This document shows, piece by piece, positions 15,001 through 24,000 of a stretch of 40,339 nucleotides of DNA; position 1 is the stretch's first letter; every line of letters starts with the position of its first letter. The DNA lies in NCBI GenBank assembly GCA_041694835.1, contig JBGFRZ010000010.1, forward strand, positions 1-40,339, written 5' to 3'. Made by a program: the position numbers and the translations under genes. Under the pieces are notes generated by a model. It had not been told where the DNA came from. It did no database searches and worked only from the letters and a program-made list of their open reading frames with translations. Source of the DNA: Ignavibacteria bacterium (GTDB lineage: Bacteria; Elusimicrobiota; Endomicrobiia; PHAN01).

Positions 15001-18000
15001 CTACTTTGGCAGATTTTGGTCTGATAAATCAGACGACTACGACTACCCAATTAAATTGGTCCGCTACATTGACCGATGGCAGATACTGGTGGCGTGTCCG
15101 AGCAAAAGATATTGCAGGCAATCTATCTGTATTCTCGTCCACAAGAACATTTTTGATTGACACTTCTTCACCGACAATCGTTGATAATCAACCCGGGTAC
15201 GAACTATGGCTATCGTCAGACCCGGGCAGCATATGGGATGTTGATTTCAAAGATATCGGTTCAGGACTTACAACTGCGGAATATAGAATTTGTTCTCAAC
15301 CGGGTAATACTGCGGTTTTAATCAACTGGACAACTATATACGCCGGTGTGGCAATTTCAAGTTATACTACAAACTGGTCACTGGCTACCGGTCATTGGTC
15401 ATTGCTACCGCAGGGGACAAGTTATATTTCAGTTAGATGTTTTGATATGGTCGGACTTTCTACAACATCTGCGGATGTGTTCTACATCAGAAAAGATACT
15501 TCACCCCCGACAATTTCAGGTGTTGATTCCGTCGGCAATACAGATACAACCTGGAGAAATGCTTCAAAACCCGGTGGCTACGATTTGAACTTCCACGACC
15601 CACACTCGCTGTTAAGAGATGCCTGGTATTGCGTATCTACAAATACTCTCGCCACACCGCCACTTGTGATTTCATGGACAGCGATATTTACCGAGCAAAA
15701 CACCGCTGACTTCCTGACTAATTGGTCGCCATCATTTGCACTACTACTTGAAGGTGTAACAAACTATGTTTCAGTCCGGGTGCAGGATAATTTACTACAA
15801 ACCGCAACTTATTATGACAGATTTTTTATCTTAAAAGATGTGACGAAACCAACAATATCCAACAATATGGGAGCAGGGAGTGATTCTGTCTGGCGAAATA
15901 CCACCCCGGGAGCAATTTACGATGTTGATTTTCGCGATGCGGGTGGTTCAAGGTTGTCTAAATTCCTGACGAAGGCGATGACAGGCACACTTATTACAGG
16001 AACAACCGTTTATGACTGGACTGACAACACTGATTTGTCATCGCAAAACACTACATTTTATCTGACAAACTGGTCATTAAACTTTGACGCACTTCGTGAA
16101 GGCAGAAATTATATATCGGTTAGAACTTCTGATACAGCGGGAAACTTTGAGACGCTTACAGACGCATTCTTCGTCCAGAAAGATACGACAACACCGACAC
16201 TCATCAAAAATCCGACATGGGACGAAAACCGCTGGTATGCAGAACCACCAACAGTGGATGTTGACTTTACAGATGCCATTTCAGGCTCAGGCGTCAGTGG
16301 TTTTGATGTGAGGACGACTACTCAAAGCAGCGCCTCGCCGACCGCGTGGCAGACCGCATGGGTTACGGTTGTAACCACTAACACACACTCATATACACCG
16401 AACTGGCCTGTACCGCAATCAGTTTTCGACGCGATGATTCACGGAACAACAAATTACTGCTGGGTAAGAGCATATGATTTTGCTGCTAATACAACTACTC
16501 CTGGCGCTTATACATTCATCGTGAAAAAAGATACTGCCGGGGTAAGTATTGTAGACGGTGAAGTTATTGGGCAGGATATTGTCTGGCGAAATAATCCGTC
16601 GGAAAGAGCATACAATATTGACTTCTTTGCACTCGGTGAATCAAAATTGCAATCTGCAGAATATACCGCCTGGACAGGTCCAAACTGGACAGGTTCACAA
16701 AAATTTACATGGACAACTATTCCCGGCTTTGTCCCGGGCATAACTCAATATACTGCGGATTGGCAAATTGGCTCAACAGAGTTTACTCAACTGCTTGATG
16801 GCTCAACAAACTATATATCAGTCAGATGCTGGAATACCGCAGGGACTACCGTCACTTTAGCAGATGTATTTTTTGTGAAAAAAGATACAACGCCACCATC
16901 AATTCCTATGTTATCCTCTCCTTTAAATGCTTCAGCGACCAATCAGTTAAATGTCAATTTTGCTTGGCTTGCTTCTGGCGACCTTGCTTCAGGAACTTCA
17001 TCATATACATTGCAAATTTCAACACATTCAGATTTCAGTTTTGTCCATTATTCAACCATTACACCTTACACCTTCCACCTTTCACCTGCGTTGTCACAGA
17101 CAACGCACTACTGGCGAGTTCTCGCTCTCGACAACGCTGGTAATTTTTCCCTATACCCTACACCCTATACCCTAATCATTGATACTACTCCGCCGTCAGC
17201 ACCATCACTTGTTGGACCAATAAACGGGTTTGCTACAAATTATGTAACTATTTCTTTCGATTGGACAACTGTTGTTGACTCAGGCCCTGCCGGACTATCT
17301 CACTATAAGATTGATATTTCATCAGTTGCTGGTTTTATGCCACTTTGGTATTCAAGTTCAGTTGTCTCTAACTCACTAACTTACTTACTCACTAACTCAC
17401 TGACTTATTACTGGAGAGTTGCTTCTGTTGATAGGGCAAATAATTTTAGTATATATCAGTCAACATATAGTCTAATAGTTGATACAATTTCACCGTCAAT
17501 GCCAATTCTATCAACACCAATAGACAATTACGCAACAAACCAGATGATGCTAACTTTCACCTGGTCAGGAGTAGATATCGGTCCTGCTGGAATAAAAGAA
17601 TACGAACTACAAATTTCAACTGACCAAAACTTTACTATGTTGAATTACAGTTCTACAACTACTTCTCAATCTCTTAATCTCTTAATCTCTCAATCTCTCT
17701 ACTGGTGGAGAGTTATCTCACAAGACCGTGCAGGAAATTTATCGTTATACTCATCAACAAGAACTTTCGTAGTTGATATTTCATCGCCACCAGCAACATC
17801 GCTGTTATCACCGGCAAATGATACACGGACAAATTCAACTTCTATAACATTTCAGTGGAGTGCGGTTTCAGATATCGGCCCTGCAGGATTGAAAAATTAC
17901 GAACTACAAATTTCAACTGACCAAAACTTTACTATGTTGAATTACAGTTCTACAACTACTTCTCAATCTCTTAATCTCTTAATCTCTCAATCTCTCTACT

Positions 18001-21000
18001 GGTGGCGGGTTAAAACTATTGACCGTGCAGGGAATTATAGAATTTCTACATCATCAGAAATAACAGTTGATGTTACACTCCCCTCAGTAAAAGATAATCA
18101 ACTTGGTGATGATGTATGGCGCGCTGTTGGAACTACTTCGTATGATATCGATTTCTTTGATACTCCGTCAGTGAATGGTGCAGGGTTAGGTTATGCACAA
18201 TACATTGTATATCCATCAACAAATCCTGACGGAACTGCCTCAGGAACTGCACTAACATCATGGCAAACAATTTTCAACTGGTCATTGCCGACAAGGACAA
18301 CATATTATACAGACAACTGGGGTCTATCACCTGTATGGGGTAGTCTGCAACAGGGGTATAATTTTGTATTTGTCCGTGCATATGATATGGCAACTAACAC
18401 AACGGATTATACTACATTCGTTTTCTATGTGAAGAAAGACACTGCACCACCAACTATTATCAATAACGAACCTTCAATTCCGCCGTGGGAGTCATCACCA
18501 CGCAGTCATAATGTTGATTTTCAAGACACTGGCTCAGGTGTAAAAGTTTCATCTTATACTGCCTGGACACAACCGAACAACACAGGAACAAATGTAGTTT
18601 CATGGACAACGATTTTTGATACTTCCCCTGCTGTTGGTTTATGGTCAGACGACTGGTTGCTGAATTTTGGTTTACTATCACCGGGAACAAATTATATCTC
18701 AGTGCGCTCAGCAGATGCTCTTGGCAATGTTGCAAATAGTACAGATACATTTAGAGTTCTTAAAGATACTATACCGCCAGCAAATATTACAAATTTAACT
18801 TCAGCACAAGCAAGCACAGCGGGCTCTGTGCAGCTACAATGGACTGCACCGTCAGATGATACTATTTGTGACCCCGGGAATATCCGACTGAAATATTATC
18901 TACTGAAATATAAAACATCACCATTTACAACTACATCCGATTTCCTTTCAACAGGAACAACATTTTATCTACCTTTCTTGCCCGCTCCACCCGGAACAAC
19001 AGAAACTGGAACGGTTACAGGCCTTATTGAAGGAACAACTTACTGGATCGGTATATTGCCACAGGATAAGGCAAACAATTATAGTGTTGCTGTTTCAACT
19101 ACAGCCAACTGGGCAACAAGAGTTCCACCCGCCCGGATTACCACTTTAATAGGAACAGCACCGGAGGAGTTAAACCCGGGTGAAGTCCACCTGACATGGC
19201 TCGCCGTCGGTGACGATGGCACTACGGGTACTGCGAGCGGGTATGAACTTAAATATGCAACTTATGCATTTACAGAAGCAGCTTGGGGGACTGTATCAAC
19301 TTTTGCACAGAGCTGGATTCCTGTTTCTGCAGGAATAACTGAGACCAAAACACTTTCAATGCCAGCAGTCGGTACAACATATTACTTCGCTATAAAAGCA
19401 TACGACGATGCTTCGCCGCCGGCAAATTACTCTGTTATGTCAAATACCGTTTCTGTCCAATCACGACCGACGGGACCCGCAGACGGTATCTTAACATTTG
19501 TATATCAAACTGCTGCCGCACCGAAATATAGAACCGTAAGTGCGGCAGGTGCAGGTTTTGGTTCAACCCTCGATGCTCAGTCATCGGTCGGGACAATCCG
19601 CTGGACTATCCTTCGTTCCTGTCCGTTTGTTAGAGATGAAAAAATCCTTGGATTACAGTCAGGCGGTGGAACAGAGCCCGACGGACGACTCTATTTGCAG
19701 AGGTGGGATGGACAGACGGGAACATGGGGCTCAATGGGCTCCATAACACCGGCAACACAACTGAATTCAACAAAATACGATTCACGCTACCGTGCATTTG
19801 ATATTGCTTATGAGCAGACATCAGGTAGAGCAATGGTTGTTTTCTTTAATGGAGTTGCCAGTCAGGTTGTCTATCATATCTGGTCATCAACAGCACAGGC
19901 ATGGAGTGTGTATGGCTCTACAATTACACTTGGTGTCACAGGGACAATAAGATGGGTCAGGCTTGAACCACAGATGGGCTCTGACAGAATAATGTTAACT
20001 TGTCTTGATTCAACAAACAATGACTTATATTCTATCTGCTGGAACGGTTCTTCATGGGTTGATGGTAATGTAAATACTGCCGCTACTGCGGTAAATGCAT
20101 TTCAATGTTTTGATGTTGCATGGGAATTGACTTCAGGCAGGTGCATCGTTCTGTGGGGAGAAGGAACTGCGACACAATATAAAATATATACTCCCGGAAC
20201 TGGTTGGGGCGGAGCAACTGCCGGACCTAACCCCGCTGCAACAGTGAACTGGATAAAACTTGCCTCCGATAGACTCTCGGGAAGCAACCGCATCGGCGCA
20301 TCTATACTTGACGCTTCAGCCGCTCCCAATGACTGGTGGGTTTCTATATGGAACGGCTCGACGTGGGGAAGTACCTCGGAAATTTCAGCGAGCATGGATG
20401 CGGCAACCCAACGGCTCGTGGATATCGCATGGGAAAAAGATACCGGTAAATGTTTGGTCGTCGGAGTTCTGAGCGCCGCACCGGCGCAGTCGTTGAGTTA
20501 TGCCCGCTGGTCAGCCGCAACCGGCGCATGGAACGACCCCGCCTTAACAACACTTTCCGGCGCCGAAAATAACCTCGGCAACTCGGTTGACTTAAGATGG
20601 CTGCAACTCGTGCCTGACCCCAACTCAAACAAAATGATTGTTATCGGTATAAATGCGAACACAGCAAATAACGCTTCGGTCCGAACCCAGAACTGGTCGG
20701 GTACCGCATGGTCGGCTGTTACCGCGCACACTGCACTTGCACCGTCAGGAACTTATGAATGCGCGTTTCTTACACTTGACAGACACGATACAATCGCTCC
20801 GACTTTCGCGAACAACCAGTCGGGCGACGACACATGGCGCAACACGAACAGCGGTTTTTACAATGTTGACTTCTTTGACACGGGCGGTTCCCGATTATCG
20901 GTGGTTCAGGCGCGGCTTGCAACGGGCGCAGGTGGTGCCGGTGTCTATAGGGATTACACGAATGAACTTGTCGCTCTCAACACGGATTCATATACCGCGG

Positions 21001-24000
21001 ACTGGCAACTAACATCAGCAACATGGAACGAACTGTGCCGCGGAAGGAGTTTTATTTCTTTAAGGGTGTTTGATGGTGTCGGAAACAATGTTACACTTCC
21101 CGATGCATTTTGGGTTCAGAAAGATACAGAACCGCCGACGATGGTAAACAACATGATTGGTCAATTGACGACATGGTATAATGTTGCGCCCACGGGTTTT
21201 GACATTGATTTTTTTGAACAGACAGGACTTTCTCTATTAACAACGGGACAGTATTTTGTGAATACAATGCTTAATCAATCAGGAGTAGTTATATCTACGG
21301 GCGTCGTCTTTCCGTTTACATCGGGAAGGGTTTCTTTCACTGACAACTGGAATCTTGAAGACGGACACTGGGAATTGCTCTTGAGCGCGACGAATTATGT
21401 GACAGTGCGCACTTTTGATGTCGCAGGAAACACAACGACATTAGTTGACGCATTCAGGATTCTAAAAGACACCGCCCCGCCTTCGGCTATCACAAATCTT
21501 ACGGCACTTGCAGGAACGTTCAGGGGAAGTGTTGACTTGCGATGGACTGCCCCGTCGGATGTGGAAAGCGGAGTTGGAGTTTATGTAATAAAGTATGCGA
21601 CATATCCTATAAACTCCGTCGCTCTATTTGACACCGCTACGACCTGGCCAAATCCTCTTATTCCGCAACCATCAGGCACGGAAGAATTTATTACACTGAC
21701 AGGACTTGATGTTCATACAACTTATTATTTCTGTATAAGAAGTCGCGACAGAGTTCCTTCGCCACCAAATCCCTCATTTAACTGGTCGCCAATTTCAAAC
21801 TCTCCGTTTACGAGGCCAAGAAGAGAAAATGTCTTTGTAAACGAGATATTTGCTCAAGGTGCGGGTTCATGGGTTGAACTTTTCAGTAATTTGCCGTCGT
21901 CTCAGACGTTGAATAATTGGAGAATTATATATAACCTTGGAAGTATTGATGCACCCGGTAGTGAGTCAACTGTCTGGACGGGTGCAAGTGCAAGCAGTAT
22001 CACATCGGGGGGACATTTTGTCGTCACGGGATTGAATTTAAGTGGAGCAAATAGTTATCATCTAAAATTATTAAACGAAAACAATTCCCTTGTAGACATC
22101 GTTCAGTGGCCAGTACTTTCAGCGGGTCAATCACTTGCAAGGATTTCCGACGGCAATGAGACATTCTTTGAGGTTGACCCTACACCGACCCAAGGTTATG
22201 CGAATAACGTCTCATCCGATGTGAAAATCAACGAGTTCAACTACGCCTCTTCGGATGAGTTCGTTGAATTGTATAACAACTCACCTTCGACTGTTACACT
22301 TACAAACTGGTTCATTAGGAACTCAAATAACTCAACATTTAAGTTCACAAGAAAAATCTTTCCATATTCGTTTACTATTGTGGATTTCTCTTCGGTTGAC
22401 AACGACGGAGGAAGTTATTTGAGCAGATTCGGTGTAAATGGATTGGGGGACGACTCTGACTTCATCACCCTTGAAAATCCATCGGGTCAGGTCGTTGATA
22501 GGGTGACCTGGCAGTCAGGGACGACATACAGATACAGAAACTATAAGGCTCGGTTGGTCGCTTTCAATACACCGGCGCAAGGAGGACTTTTGCCACCTTC
22601 CGTATTAGCAAGAATACAAGACGGTGCTGACACAGACATGGACAACGCCGATTTTTCATCAGTTGCTTCGGCCTCTTACGGCAGAAGAAATACTACACCC
22701 GTTGCACTGCCTGAAAATCAGATTGTTTATCCGTCTTCCGGAACGGTTCTTCCAAGAAGGTTTAAGTTTGAGATCAGACTCGGCACAAACTCTGCCCTGG
22801 GTTTTAACGATACGCTTTGGTTCATAAGAACCGCCGGTTCACCCGACAATAGGTCGCCACACATATATAGACTATCTGATTTCGGCATAAACCTTTCAAC
22901 CCTGACAACACAAACAACCGTTCAGGTAGGTCTTAATTGGATAGACATAGACGGAAATACATTAGTTGATGGAAGTGTTTATAGAATAATTTTGAATACC
23001 GACAACGATATTTCAGCGGCACCACAAATTATTGTTTCATCCGTCACTTATGACTCGGCGATTCATAGTGTTAGCGCCGGAAATATTACCAACAAATACG
23101 CCAACGACGGGGCTTTACTTGGTTCTATTAGAGTCTCTTTGAGAAATAACTCGACTTACACGGGCAGCGATATTAAACTCTCAACTATATCCGTTAAGTT
23201 CACTGATGCCGGCGACTCTCCGCTTACAAGCTTACAAGCAAGAAACCTCTTTGATTCGGTCCGGCTGGTTTATGACAAACACAATGACGGCAATTATTTT
23301 TCTGGAATCGACGACGATATAATAACGGTGGTTAATAAAGACGCCATTAGTTTAGTCGATGGTGTGCAAGATATTGCTATTGCTTCTATTCTCAGTGTCT
23401 CACCGCAAGGCTCGGCAACCTATTTCTTTGTTGTACAGTTAAGCACATGGGCGTCGCAACAGGGAACCTTCAAAGTTAAAATTGTGCCGGGAACCGGTAC
23501 TCTATGGGAAGCCATTCCTTCAAATGTTTTACAGCCACACATAGTTGGAATTGAGGTGGCGGCTTCAACACCCGCTATCATCAGTCCGGTAAAGTCTCCG
23601 GCGGGAACGTCATGGCCTTATAGTTTAGGAGTAGAAACCCGGGTAAACTCAATTCAAAGATGGTGGGCAGATGGCAGTGTATTTGTGTCAAGGGAGGACG
23701 GATATATTACGGTTCTTAATGCCGACGGAACATTGAACTCATCGTTCCAGGCTGCAGGTCCTGTGATATCTTCTATTTTCAGCGATGACTGGACGGGGGA
23801 GGCTGGTTTTCTTTACTTCGGCACGAAATCAGGACAGATATATAAAAACTCCCGCTCTAATATAGGCGTAAACACTTGGTTAAGAAACCTTGGCGATCAA
23901 ATAACATCGGAGATACTGGCGTATTACTTTGTTCCGCCGGCTAAAATTTATGCTGGAAGCTTTGACGGCAGAGTTTTTAAAATAAGTACCGGCACAGGTG

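Noticed and set aside
1-17173. Near-identical repeats in the giant gene as DGR template/variable repeats
   Set aside because: The copies are in-frame protein modules, the mismatches are not adenine-specific, and no reverse transcriptase or Avd gene is in the window.
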